Origin: Octopus vulgaris
Lineage: Eukaryota
Assembly (NCBI GenBank): GCA_951406725.2
Contig: OX597821.1
Location: 31,434,001-31,498,000, forward strand
DNA length: 64,000 nt
Direction: 5' to 3'
Both the position numbers and the translations under genes were made by a program. Shown here piece after piece: positions 1-12,325 of the stretch (its first letter is position 1; the number at the start of each line of letters is the position of its first letter). A model generated the notes under the pieces. It was not told where the DNA came from. It searched no databases and worked only from the letters and a program-made list of their open reading frames with translations.

Positions 1-438
1 CAGATTTTGATACAAGCAAATATTATATTGCTACTTCGAAAAAGTTCCCAAATTATGAATGCGATCTCTTATATTACGAATCACATAAAAGAACTTAATC
101 TTGCTATAAACTGTCCTCCAGTTTTTAATTAACTGCATATAGAAAAATAGATTTTGCTTCTTATTTCTTGATGTGTAAGACATATTCGGAGAAATGTAAG
201 ATTTGTATATTATGGCATTTTTACTAAGGTCATGAATATATAATTTGCTTATTATTAGAAATACTGTACAACTGACATAAAACACAAGCTTCTTATTTGT
301 ATGCAAATGACCGTCGGAAATGTATTTACAAGCGTAAAATGATATTAAGTATAATTCTTTTACTCTTATTCTTTTACTTGTTTCAATTATTTTGACTACA
401 ACCATGCAGAAGGGGTTTGAATATATTTATTTTACAGA

Positions 439-680
439 GTGGAGGCGCGTGGCTTTGTGGTTAAGGTGTCAGCATCATGATCGTACGTTCGTGGTTTCGA
501 TTCCTGGACCGGGCGACGCGTTGTGTCCTTGAGCAAAACACTTCATTTCACGTTGCTCCAGTGCACTCAGCTGACAAAAATGAGTAACGCTGCGATGGAC
601 TGGCGTCCTGTCCAGCTGGGGAACACATACACCATTGAAATCGGGAAACCGGGCCTGGCTAGGCTTTAGAGTTAATAAAT
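439..680 (+). mobile_element. tRNA-derived SINE (family A-type head), full length with 18-bp TSD
   Basis: A-box-like TGGCTTTGTGG and B-box-like GTTTCGATTCC in the head. ATATATTTATTTTACAGA occurs at both 421-438 and 681-698. Confidence 0.9.
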
Positions 681-808
681 ATATATTTATTTTACAGATT
701 TTTAAAAATGTATATGAGCATATAGATAAACACTGCACTGTTTTGTATGAAACATGTTGGAAAATAACAAACATTTCGTGAAGATTATATATTTGAAAGA
801 ACCTATTA

Positions 809-2984
809 CACTGGCCTATAAGGGTTTTGAAGTTTCGGAAATAGACATCATTACTATACATCACTGGTCTACTGAATCCAAATGTAGCCTTCTTCTTGAC
901 CTATTCCATCTACTTTTGAAGTTATTTAGCACTTCTTTAGTCACTATGTATGTGTGTACGTCTAGTACGTAGTGTTTGTTACCTTATTCAAATTCCAAAT
1001 GTTATTCTTTTTCCACACTATTTAGATGTTGTGGTGAACTAAGCAATAGAAAATAAGTAAGATGCCCTCCGCAAGATAGTGTTGCGTTAATTCTCCAAAT
1101 GTGTTTGCTAGTTTCGTGGAGAATACACATTACCTGAAAATAGTCAAAAAACAACACTAATTTTGATGAAAATGTGTATATGGTATATTATGGTATGAAG
1201 CTGGGAGACCAAGACAAATATTGGGCACAGCATAGCGTCTGCAACAACGTAAAGAACATTTGTGACGATGGACTAAAAGGACAAGGAGATGTTTTAGGTA
1301 TGCTTCAATGGTATAGCGGGATCCCTATAATTACATGGACGGCTGTTATTTATGTAACCTAAGTTTAAAGGGTTCTAGCCGGAAAACAAAACAAACGCTC
1401 GTCTATTCTAACCTTGCCTCTGCTATTAGACCGGCTCAACACTGAAGAGCTTCCTGTTCTTGTCTTCAGTGTCATTCATCAGATAACTTTACCCTCTACC
1501 AAAGAAGATTTATCACCTGAAGATGACACTAGAGATCAAGAGTTTTCAGTTGAGACCTTACCTGAGCTACTCTCCCAGGTAGAGCTGAATGATCTAGTTT
1601 GTGACTTGAAACTCCCAAAACATTCTGCAGAACGGTTGGCTTCTTGACTGAAAGGAAAGAATCTTCTAAAGAATGGTGTCCGTATAACCTTTTTATTATC
1701 GGATTCGGCATGAAGAGTTCCTTTATTTTTTTACAAAAGCGAAAGCGCTGGTTTACTGCAGAGATGTCAGCTGGCTTCTTAAAAAACTAGGTAGCGAGGA
1801 ATACAAACAAGATGAACGGCGTATTTTCGTAGACAGCTCTAAGAGTAGTTTAAAATGTGTATTGTTGCTCATCGGGAATCTGTATGGTTTTGTCCCAGTC
1901 AGCCGCTCAACAACTCTGAAGTAAAATATGAATTAAGTTGGTTCTAAAGAGGTTACTTTATCATTATCATAACTTTGTCATCTGCGTTGACTTAAAGATG
2001 GTAAATTTTCTCATGGGAGAAGTATCTGGTTATACCACATGCTCAGACTTTCTTTGCATGTGGGACAGTATAGACCACGTAAACCACTATGTTAAAAAAA
2101 AAGACTGGCACCCTCAAACGAATATGTATCCATGTAGAGCTGCCAATACATTGGAAGAATTTTTAGCTGAGCGAGATAAGATCATTTACCCTCTTGGATT
2201 GATCAAGCAATTCGTAAGAGCTCTTGACAATAAATGGGGAGTGTTTCAAGTATATCTAGAGTGTATTTCCAGACATGATAATTGAAAAACTTAAAATAGG
2301 TATTTTTGATGGACCACAGATCCGTAAGCTCTTGAAGTACACAAATTTCATGAAAACGATGAACGAAAACGAAGTAGCGGCTTGGTTAGCATTTGCAGAT
2401 GTGGTGCAAAATTTCTTTCGGAAACAAAAATTGGAAAATATAAAGACCTTGTTACCAACTTGATATCAACTTTTCGTGATACTGTACTGGCGCGATGCAA
2501 AATGCATTATCTTTTTAGTCATCGTGATCGCATTCCTGAATATCTCGCAGATGTTACCGATGAACAAGGCGAACGATTCCCTCGGGAGATCAAGGAGATG
2601 GAAACTGTGTACCAAGAACGTTGAGACGCTGTGATGATGGCAGACTATTGCTGGTGTTTAAAACGAGATACTTCTGCTTCTCAAGTGTCACGGTGCACAA
2701 GCAAGCGTAAATGTATTCCTTGACTTTTCTGCCAAACATCTTTGCCGATGTGCATTTTCAATTTTGAATTTTTATTTGTAATTTGTTTTGTTTTGTGTTA
2801 CGCCCGCTTTATTGATTCATATTATATGCCTCTTGCATGAATACAATATTTACTGTATCAGGTCTACTCAGAAAACTAGATCTGGTAGAGGAAACCCGAT
2901 GTTAGTTTTCAATTTAGCAGGCAAAATCACTTAAGAATTCGTTGAAATATTCCAGGCACCAGAATAAAATTCTGTTGACCAGTG
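809..2984 (+). mobile_element. Chapaev3-type (CMC superfamily) DNA transposon, full length but inactive
   Basis: Termini are CACTGG (809) and CCAGTG (2984), flanked by TTA at 806-808 and 2985-2987, matching the TWA TSD of Chapaev3. It encloses transposase fragments. Confidence 0.85.
1062..2723 (+). pseudogene. Chapaev3-like transposase pseudogene (multiple frameshifts and stops)
   Basis: Collinear motifs across ORF pieces: GMKLGDQDKYWAQHSVC, SQVELNDLVCDLKLPKHSAERLAS, VICVDLKMVNFLMG, LGLIKQFVRALD, GIFDGPQIRKL, KMHYLFSH, DEQGERF...IKEMETVYQ. Confidence 0.85.
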
Positions 2985-4669
2985 TTATTCAAATTTTTCA
3001 TGACGATAACTCTATTCGGCGTTCATTTTTTAATTGAGGCTGGTATACCATACATTTAATATAGTCGAGTACCACCTATTGGTCATAATTGATCAATCGT
3101 CTCTCTTGGAAAGTTGTAGAGTCAAATTAGATTTTATTGATAATGGTGACCCTAATACTTTACCAATGATGTCTTCATTTTCAGTATTTTGATATTACAA
3201 CCAAGCCTTATCGCAGCTCAGTTTCCCATTCGACGACAGACTGTATGCTGATGTATATGTTTTGGAAGTACTAGGCATACCATACGGACTTCCGTAAAAT
3301 ATACCTTTTATGGAACTGATATTTGCATTACATAACATTTGAAATAATGTAAATGAATCCCGTGGTAGTATAAGCGATCAATATTTGTGGTATGCTTTGA
3401 AGTCTTATATTTTGTTCATATATAACGAACCTACTCCCAATGTCGTACTCGTTAGGATGTAAGTACTGAGGCATTTTCATTTATTGAAAACGTGTTATGA
3501 TGTGGATTGTATTTTTTTTTTTTATTTGAAGGTGTCGTTGATTGACTGTGAACTTTTTGAGAAACGTGAACACTGAAATATGGAGGGGCAAATATTCTGA
3601 AAAACAAAGGGGAAAGATTGTTCCATTTAAAATGTACAGTAAGCCTTTTCTCCAGATGACATGTGTTTCTGCATGAGTGGAAGAAATAATGCTTAGACAA
3701 TTTACAGCTTCAGCACTTAGACCGCATGAACAGTATATGTGAGAGCGTCGGTGTAAGAATGCGTTTGTTTAAGTACAGTGATTATACGGCGTATACTCGG
3801 TGCAATAGTGTACATTTTTCCAAGGTTCAAACAGTTTATCATTGCAAAAAATAGAACAATGTCTCATCTGTCAAATTAACTTTCAAATATCACCGTCAAA
3901 GTTTATGTTACTGAGTAACTTCGGCTTTATATTCTATGATAACTCGCACATCTATAATCGCTATGTATGCTAGTAGAATAATTGCTTTTCTTCTCTAGCT
4001 ACACATGGATAGAGAAAAACAATTCTCTTCTTGTTTATGGGTTTCAAATATTTATATGGATGAAACCATATAAGTCTTCAGAGAGCTGGCTGTGCCTAAA
4101 TGGGCATGAACGTATTTATTAGCTCATTTAGAATAAAGTGAAAATATGAGAGCATTAATGAATTTACGGTTGGTATCATTCGTGCATACAAGGCTGCTTT
4201 TGCTACTCTTAGTGGGATTATAGAATCGGATACATTGGATGACACTGAGCGTCACAGAAGTGGTTTTATTGTGCTCTACGTTAATATACAACGTCCATGT
4301 TGTATTTGAAAGAGTTCCCCAAGGAGAAACAATTATATGTTGGCCATATATCTAAACATACCAAGTTATAAGATTGATTATACAAGCATATGCGTCATCT
4401 TCATCCCTATACATGGGTGATTTGGTATGCGTGATTATTTCTTTTTTAAAAATGCATGTTCATATTCATTTCTATTATGCTTCATGTACCTTACAAAATG
4501 TCCCATAACGTCCCATAATCTACGGTTCACGTGATGTATAATATATAATTTAGATACGGGTTAAGATTCTGTAAGAAACTGAAACTTTCCGTAGGCGATT
4601 ATAAAATTACTGTTATGTATATAAACTGATATTTTTTTACATTTTCCTTATATTATATTATATTATGTT

Positions 4670-4710
<41 letters not shown>

Positions 4711-4713
<3 letters not shown>

Positions 4714-4893
4714 GGAAAGTTTACGAAAAAAAATCAAAAGACGAAGGCAGGTGGTGTACAAACAAACAGATGTATTAGTATAGCGCTCAGGAATATAAAA
4801 AAGTCTATTACGTTTCGAGCCTACAGTCTTCGGCAGAAAGGTACACAGAAAAAACAAGGAGAGAAAAATGTTTGTAGTAGCTAACGATCTATC
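4711..4893 (-). mobile_element. Short repeat embedded in a (TA)n tract; probable Penelope-like terminal (pLTR) fragment with a degenerate hammerhead motif
   Basis: (TA)n on both sides and a second partial copy in the opposite orientation at 9947-10033. The minus strand reads CTGCCGAAGACTGTAGGCTCGAAACGTA. Confidence 0.6.
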
Positions 4894-4920
4894 ATATATA
4901 TATATATATATATATATATT

Positions 4921-5226
4921 CACGTGATTCACGTGACCGACCAGACAATCAGATGTTGTTAAACATCGCTAGTCACAATGCGTTCGCATTGTTTTAGCCT
5001 TCGAATGACTCCACCCCGCTGGCTAAGCGAGCAGGCCAACAGAAGAAAGAGTGGGAGAAAGAGTGGTGAAAGAGTACAGCAGGGATCACCTCCCCCTGCC
5101 GGAGCCTCGTGGAGGCTTTAGGTGTTTTCGCTCAATAAACACACACAACGCCCGGTCTGGGAATCGTAACCGCGATCCTGCGACCGCTAGTCCGCTGCCC
5201 TAACCACTAGGCCATTGCGCCTCCAC
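4921..5226 (-). mobile_element. tRNA-derived SINE, family A
   Basis: The minus strand begins GTGGAGGCGCAATGGCCTAGTGGTTAGGG (A box) and contains GGTTACGATTCC (B-box-like). Highly similar to 8056-8099 plus 9364-9628. Confidence 0.9.
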
Positions 5227-5827
5227 ACATATATATATGGTGATTCTTTATTACCCACTAGGGGCGCCACACATATATATATACGCCTGTCTGTATGTAT
5301 GCATGTATATGTATATATTTATATGTATGTATGTATGTATACGTGTCTATGCGCGTGTTTATTTTTGCCAGATTTGTGAATTTGAAAGCTATGTGACCTC
5401 GATGCCATACAGTTCGATTTTATGTAAAAACGTAACTCCTATCAATTATTCTGTCTGGCTTTATCTAAAAAGTGTAGATGTTAACAACACAATATTTTAT
5501 GCAGACACTGATGCAGCAATTATTTTTGCCATTACGTTACTTTTCATTCATAAAGTTCGATTATATATATATACTTATAGAAAATAAAATAAAAAAAGAA
5601 ATAATACATTATAACTTGTGTATCAGTGTAATGAAGCTTAATGAGATATTTTGAAATATCTCCACCGAATGTCAGTAGTTGTGTGTTTTTTTTCTTTTGC
5701 AACGTCTGACATATGTAAGTACACTTTTTTATGTCAACGTGTGAGATGAAGTGCAGAGTGTAAAACCGGTCAAAATAAATTTTAACAATATATAATTAAC
5801 TTATATATTTCGCTTTTTATATATTGA

Positions 5828-6045
5828 TATTGGTTTAAAATTTGGTCACGCGGCCAACAACTTCGAGGCAGGGTGTAAGTCGTAACGTTGGCCTCTGTAC
5901 CCAACTAGGGCGTACTATGCAGACCCCGAAATGAGGAATTGCAAAATCCACCTCTGCGGGAAATGTAAATCACAGCTTGGAGACGAACGAAATATTGCTA
6001 AAATTTTTTCACGGCGTGCGAAGGACTGTCCCATTTCACCGCCTC
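5828..6045 (-). mobile_element. Degenerate SINE, family C
   Basis: Diverged match to the better-preserved copies at 27019-27251 and 45387-45619; ends ...CACCGCCT. Confidence 0.55.
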
Positions 6046-6626
6046 ATATACATAGCTTATATTACATAATATAATCAAGGAAGAAATCCGATTTAAATGA
6101 TGGAGGTCCAAGAACACCAGAAACATTTTCGCCTATTTTCAGTGGTCTAGTGTAACATAATCTTTAAGCAGATACAAAGGTTTTCCTACACTACTAGACA
6201 AATAGATAATTAAAATTGATAAATTCTTATGAATTATTCGTACATTAACGTAATATGTTCACAAGAATTAAATGAAAATCAAAGCCGAATTATTACTTTG
6301 TTTCTTTTGAGAGAAGGTATCATTTAACTTAACATTTTGACTGCATTTAAGAGTGAATTTCACCTTCCTTTTGAATGATAAATGAGTGCTAATTCATGTT
6401 GCATTTGGAAATGTAACGTAACAGGAATATGCATACTCAAGTATGCACAAACACAAATAAGCTATGTACATGCATTGTTCAATTACATGGAATTGCATGA
6501 AACTATCATACTACATTACCTCTGGATATCCTTGTTGCTTATTATGATTTTAATCACCTTATTTTGAAATTCTATGGATAATATCGTACTAAATTCTGGT
6601 GCCTCAACTTAAGTGCCATATTAATC

Positions 6627-6629
<3 letters not shown>

Positions 6630-6682
<53 letters not shown>

Positions 6683-6687
6683 TATAT

Positions 6688-6747
<60 letters not shown>
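6630..6747. repeat. Compound (TA)n(TG)n microsatellite
   Basis: Directly visible; many similar tracts occur across the window. Confidence 0.97.
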
Positions 6748-6749
<2 letters not shown>

Positions 6750-6859
6750 CAAATGTTAAAAACAATAAATATCACTTATTAATAAAATACCGATAGAAGC
6801 CTTATATATTGCAGTTTCGGGGAGGAATGAAGAATGTATAAAGGAAAGGTGTCCTATTA

Positions 6860-7260
6860 TAATGGTTTGTAATTCTGGCACACCTCTAGTAACTTCGGGG
6901 AAAGGAGTAAATCGGTTACATTGAAACCAGGGTTCACGTGGTACTTATTTTATCGCCACCGAAAAGGATAAAAGCATAACACAACATGGCGACAGTTGAA
7001 CTCAGTACTTAAAGATGAATGAAAAGCCGCTGAGCATATTGCCTGGGGTGCTAACGATTCCACAAACCGGCGTCATAAAGCTTTGTCTAATATTGATATC
7101 AAAATGACTGCCAATGTCAGAGGTAGGAGTCAGTCGACGACATTGACGCCTGTGCTCAGCAAATGCTTATTTTATCAATCACGGAATAATGAAATACAAA
7201 GTTCATGACGGTGCCGCAAAGCCTTCTTCACGGCACTGCAAGGAATCTGCTAGAATACTG
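6860..7260 (-). mobile_element. Two degenerate family C SINE copies
   Basis: Contains GGTACTTATTTTATCG...GAAAAGGATAAAAG...GAACTCAG...GTGCTAACGATTC, as in other family C copies. Confidence 0.55.
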
Positions 7261-7276
7261 CTCTGCCATTCCCTAT

Positions 7277-7480
7277 TGTGTGTCTGTGTTTGTCCCCTCA
7301 ATATCGTTTGACAATCGATGCTGGTGTCTTTACGTCCTTACAACTTAGCGGTTGGGCAAAAGAGACGAATAGAATGGGTACTAGGCCTACAAAGAATAAG
7401 TCCTGGGGTGGATTTTCTCGATTAAGGCGCTGCTCCAGCATGGCCACAGTCAAATGACTGAAAAAGAGTAAAAGAGAATA
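7277..7480 (+). mobile_element. SINE family B, 3' half
   Basis: Matches 11610-11812 (GTGTTTGTCCCC...GCTCCAGCATGGCC...AATGACTGAA...TAAAAGAG). Confidence 0.85.
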
Positions 7481-7521
7481 GTATGATATATTAAGTACAT
7501 TATAATATAGGTGGCTATGTT

Positions 7522-7760
7522 TGGAGGCACATGGTGTAGTGTTTAAAGCAGCGGACTCGCTGTCGAGGGACCGTAGGTTCAAATCCCAGACCGGACGATG
7601 TTTGTGCTTATGGGCGAAACACTGCAGCTTCATGCGTCATCGGCAGAAGGTAATGCCAAAATGTTGCTGACTCTTTCACTACAACTTTCTCTCACTCCGG
7701 CATCTAGCAGCTCACCTGTGATGGTTTGGCGCCTCGTTCAGGTGGGGAAATGCCCTTTGT
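7522..7760 (+). mobile_element. tRNA-derived SINE, family A-related, diverged
   Basis: Head TGGAGGCACATGGTGTAGTG...GGTTCAAATCCC. The body resembles both 439-680 and the reverse complement of 4921-5226. Confidence 0.75.
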
Positions 7761-8099
7761 GTGATTGGCATGGCTCGAGTAGAAACAAACAACACATCAT
7801 AGTTTGGCTATAGGAATTAAAACCAAAAATCAAAATTTATAAATAAGGATGTCGATGGGTGTTGATAAATTTATGTGTGTCAATGTGTGTTGATGTGGAT
7901 ATAACGTGATGTATAACAAATTAATGTTTCGATAATATATGCATTCCATGCTCCACTGATTTTATAATCACAATAATATCATTGATAGCATAATAACTTT
8001 GCAGACATAAGAAATAGGACATTATATTAAAATACATAAAATCCATATTGATATTAACACCGTGATCACCATGACCGACCAGGCTATCAAATGTTGCTA

Positions 8100-9363
8100 C
8101 GAGGGACGTTCAATAAGTAATGCCTCTGACCCACTTGCAGTTGCAATCATTTATATCTCTATGGAGTAAGTGGCAAATTACAGCTCTGAATTAATTGTGG
8201 TTTCTGATTTACAGGTGTTTGAACCGAGTCAAGTGTGAAATGGAGCCTGTTGAGTGTCGAGCAGTGATCCGGTTTTTGTATTTGAAAGGATGCACACCAT
8301 GGGAGACTTTTGATGAAATGAAAGTAACTTATGGTGATGATGCCCCATCATATGACCTTGTAAAACGATGGCATCGTGAATTCAAACATGGTCGGAACTC
8401 TGTGGAAACAGCTCCCAGATCTGGTCGCCCCTTCTGCCATTGATGAGGCATCTGTCCGTCAAGTTGAGGCTGCCATTTTGGAAGATCGACGCATAATTAT
8501 TCGCCAAATAGCCCATGAGGTCAAGATTAGTTCCGGGTCTGTGGAAACTATCATTCATGAACATTTGCATATGCAAAAGATGTCTGCCAAATGGATTCTC
8601 AGGTTGCTCACGCCTTTCCAGAAGCAAGAACGCGTCGAGTGCTCGAGGGTGAAATTGGAGATGTGCCAAGAAGATGAATCAAACTTTTTTCAAAAGACTG
8701 ATTACACAGGATGAAACCTGGGTCCATCACGATAATCCAGAGACCAAAGCCCAGTCAATGCAGTGGAAGCACCGTGACTCACCCCCTCCAAAGAAGGCAA
8801 GGGTGCAGCACTCCGCTGGCAAGGTCATGCTCACAGTCTTCTGGGACCAGGACGGAGTAGTGATGACAGATTTCCTGGCAAAGGGTACCACAATTGCAGG
8901 AGACTATTATGCTTCACTTTTGAGGAAATTAAGAGAAGTTATCAAAATCAAGAGGCGGGGCAAGATCAGCAAAGGCATCCTCCTCCTGCAGGACAACGCT
9001 CCGGTCCACAACTCGCTTGTCGCCAGATCAGAAGCACAGGCGTATGGCTATGAACCCCTCCCCCATCCCCCTACTTTCCTGACCTTGCACCCTCTGATTT
9101 TCACCTCTTCCCAGTCATGAAGTTGTTTTTGAAAGGAAAGCGCTTCCCAGATGATGCAGCCTTGATTTCTGAAGTCACGTTCAGGTTGGAGGACCAAGCT
9201 GGGGTCTTCTACAAAAACGCTCTCCAGAGCTGCATCAAGCAATGGGAGAAATGTGTAACTCTGGGTGGTTCCTATGTAGAAAAAGACTAATAACTGTGCC
9301 AAGTTTCGTTGCTCTACTGCTATGGGAAGTGGGTCAGGGGCATTACTTATTGAACGCCCCTCG
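8100..9363 (+). mobile_element. Tc1/mariner DNA transposon (DD34D mariner, irritans-like), full length 1264 bp
   Basis: Terminal inverted repeats (TIRs) of ~37 bp, CGAGGG(A/G)CGTTCAATAAGTAATGCC(T/C)CTGACCCACTT, with 2 mismatches. TA TSD at 8098-8099 and 9364-9365. Confidence 0.97.
8240..9290 (+). pseudogene. Mariner transposase, frameshifted
   Basis: MEPVECRAVIRFLYLKG...PRSGRP (HTH), SAKWILRLLT (WVPREL-like), ITQDETWVH, KVMLTVFWD, LLQDNAP, PDLAPSDF. About 3 frameshifts near 8430, 8690 and 9075. Confidence 0.95.
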
Positions 9364-9889
9364 TACACAACCCTGGTCACAATGCGCTTCGCATTGTTTT
9401 AGCCTTCAAATGACACCACCCTGCTGGCTAAGCGAGCAGGACAACAGAAGAAGGAGTGAGAGAAAGTTGCGTCGAAAGAGTACAGCGGGCCCCCCTTCCC
9501 TGCCGGAGAATCGTGGAGCTTTAGGCGTTTTCACTCAATAAATACTCACAACAACCGGTCTGGGAATCGGACCGCGACCCTAGGGCCGCGAGTTCGCTGC
9601 CCTAACCACTGGGCCATTGGGCCTCCACATATTGATATTTTATAACGCTGCATTGATTACGGTTTATGTGCATTAAAACAATCGAAAGATGATCAATGAC
9701 TGTTTCTTAACATTATTACATTTATACATGAAATTAACAGATATTTATCATATTGTACGACATTCCGGAATTGTATTCTATGCATTAATCTAGATTTCGA
9801 GTAACTTTCTTTCATACAAAAGTATTTGAATTGCCATCTCTCACTTGCGCATGCACTCACAAAATCACACACACACACGCAGCCACACG

Positions 9890-9946
<57 letters not shown>

Positions 9947-9949
<3 letters not shown>

Positions 9950-10030
9950 CTTTTTCTATTCCTAAGCGTTATACTAATTTGTTTGTTTTGTACACCACCT
10001 GTCTTCGTCTTTTGTTTTTTCGTAAACTCT

Positions 10031-10033
<3 letters not shown>
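9947..10033 (+). mobile_element. Partial second copy of the 4711-4893 element, in a (TA)n tract
   Basis: Reverse-complement match (GTACACCACCTGTCTTCGTCTTTTG...CGTAAACTCTCCC) with (TA)n on both sides. Confidence 0.75.
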
Positions 10034-10088
<55 letters not shown>

Positions 10089-10107
10089 GTATATATATAT
10101 ACACACT

Positions 10108-10158
<51 letters not shown>

Positions 10159-10834
10159 TGATTCAAATATATAAATAGTCAGTCATACTGACTATATCTG
10201 ATATTTTATTAGTATATGCACTTTTGTCATTCTTTTATATATTCAAATTTAGAATTGATTGGATTCTAACAGTTGACATCTTACAGTTGACAACTAATTA
10301 ATTATATTTTAAAACGTGTATATATGGATTTTTCCTCAACATCTATTCGTATATATTAACTAATATAGAATAACAATTTTCAATCATGTTTATACAAAAA
10401 TTCTATTAACAAAGTGAAATTATCTCTTAGAATTAATATAATTATATATAATATATATATATAAGAAAAAGGAGAATTCTTTCAATTGTCTGCAAACAGT
10501 AAATGGAATGCTAAAATTATAAAATTATATACTATCGTCTATGTGCTATTTTTTTCTTTTTTACGATATTCTAACATTCGCAATATATATGGGTAATCGG
10601 TGAACTAAATATCGAATATCTTCATAGATTCTTTGAACTTTACCACAATGCTGCATTTTCTCAGCTTTTCTATATTGATATCTTTACGAAGCTGGTTCTT
10701 AGAAACAATAGAATGATGCTACCTTCTCTTAAACGCCTTTCAAGGCACTTCGGGGAATTATGTCAGAAGATTCGGTGTCGTCTGAATGAAAACTGGCTGT
10801 TATTTTGCGCGATGAACATTGACATTTCCAGATA

Positions 10835-10909
<75 letters not shown>

Positions 10910-10933
10910 TGACATATATACATTGGCATTTCC

Positions 10934-10967
<34 letters not shown>

Positions 10968-10969
<2 letters not shown>

Positions 10970-11090
10970 GGCGGACTTCTTCCCGCCTCCATCTATTATA
11001 TCCACACAAAAGGCTTGTGTCTGCCTGAGGCTACAGTAGAAGACACAAGCCAAACATGCCACGCCGTGGGACCTGACGTGGAACCATGTG
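10968..11090 (-). mobile_element. SINE family B fragment, diverged
   Basis: AGAAGACAC..GCC.AA.ATGCCACGC.GTGGGAC.TGA...GGAACCATGTG matches the reverse complement of the family B head. Confidence 0.65.
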
Positions 11091-11400
11091 ACTGAGGTTG
11101 ACGAAGCATGTGTATAGATCTGAGCACCTTCAGCCACAATTACTGACGATGGCATTTTTCTTTTATAGTCTTATATAGGCTGATTATATTAGCCGGCAGT
11201 ATTATGACATACTACCAATTCTAGGCTTATCATTCATCGAGTACGAAAATTAAAGGAGCCTGAAAATTAAAGGATGTAATAGTATCGAAATCAAACATTT
11301 ATGCACGGAGACAGCGATTATATTTCAGTTGAGGTGATACAACTAAGTCGTATTATGCAGGCAACCCATTACTTAATTTAATTTTAAATCCTGTATATAT

Positions 11401-11812
11401 AGGCGCAGGAGTGGCTGTGTGGTAAGTAGCTTGCTAACCAACCGCATGGTTCCGGGTTCAGTCCCACTGTGTGGCATCTTGGGCAATTGTCTTCTGCTAT
11501 AGCCCCGGGCCGACCAATGCCTTGTGAGTGGATTTGGTAGACGGAAACTGAAAGAAGCCTGTCGTATATATGTATATATATGTATGTATGTGTGTGTGTG
11601 TGTTTGTTTGTCTGTGTTTGTCCCCCTAGCATTGCTTGACAACCGATGCTGGTGTGCTTACCTCCCCGTCACTTAGCAGTTCGGCAAAAGAGACCGATAG
11701 AATAAGTACTGGGCTTACAAAGAATAAGGCCCGGGGTTGATTTGCTCGACTAAAGGCGGTGCTCCAGCATGGCCGCAGTCAAATGACTGAAACAAGTAAA
11801 AGAGTAAAAGAG
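11401..11812 (+). mobile_element. tRNA-derived SINE family B with internal (TA)/(TG) microsatellite
   Basis: Head GGCGCAGGAGTGGCTGTGTGGTAAG...GGTTCAGTCCC and tail (GTAAAAGA)n. At least 8 related copies in the window. Confidence 0.93.
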
Positions 11813-11922
11813 TATATGTGGATCTATGTTGTATCGAAACATGTTTATTGGTCATTAAACAGCTGTCGAATTATATTCCCTCTTCCTTTTGTCTCAATTT
11901 ATTCTTTCCTTTATATATATAT

Positions 11923-12041
11923 TGTGTGGTAAGTAGCTTGGGCAAGTGTCTTCTACTATAGCCTCGGGCCGACCAAAGCCTTGTGAGTTGATTTGGTAGA
12001 CGGAAACTGAAAGAAGCCCGCCGTATATATGTATATATATG

Positions 12042-12072
<31 letters not shown>

Positions 12073-12280
12073 TTGTGTGTCTGTGTTTGTCGCCCCAACA
12101 TCACTTGACAACCGATGCGGGTGTGTTTACGTCCCCGTAACTTAGCGGTTCGGCAAAATGAGACCGATAGGGTAAGTACTAGGCTTACAAAGAGTATGCC
12201 CGGGGGTCGATTTGCTCGACTAAAGGCGGTGCTCCAGCATGGCCGCAGTCAAATGACTGAAAGAAGTAAAAGAGTAAAGA

Positions 12281-12282
<2 letters not shown>
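11923..12282 (+). mobile_element. SINE family B with a deletion in the head
   Basis: Near-identical body to 11401-11812; the AGCTTG|GGCAAG junction removes the B-box region. Confidence 0.9.

Positions 12283-12325
<43 letters not shown>

Larger units (their letters stand above)
8056..9628 (-). mobile_element. Family A SINE split by a mariner insertion (SINE halves 8056-8099 and 9364-9628)
   Basis: The rejoined halves are collinear with 4921-5226. CATATTGATATT is duplicated at 8044-8055 and 9628-9639. Confidence 0.9.

Noticed and set aside
439-520. tRNA-like sequences at SINE heads (also 5150-5226, 7522-7590 and 11401-11470)
   Set aside because: A/B boxes are present, but there is no intact cloverleaf and each continues into a SINE body.
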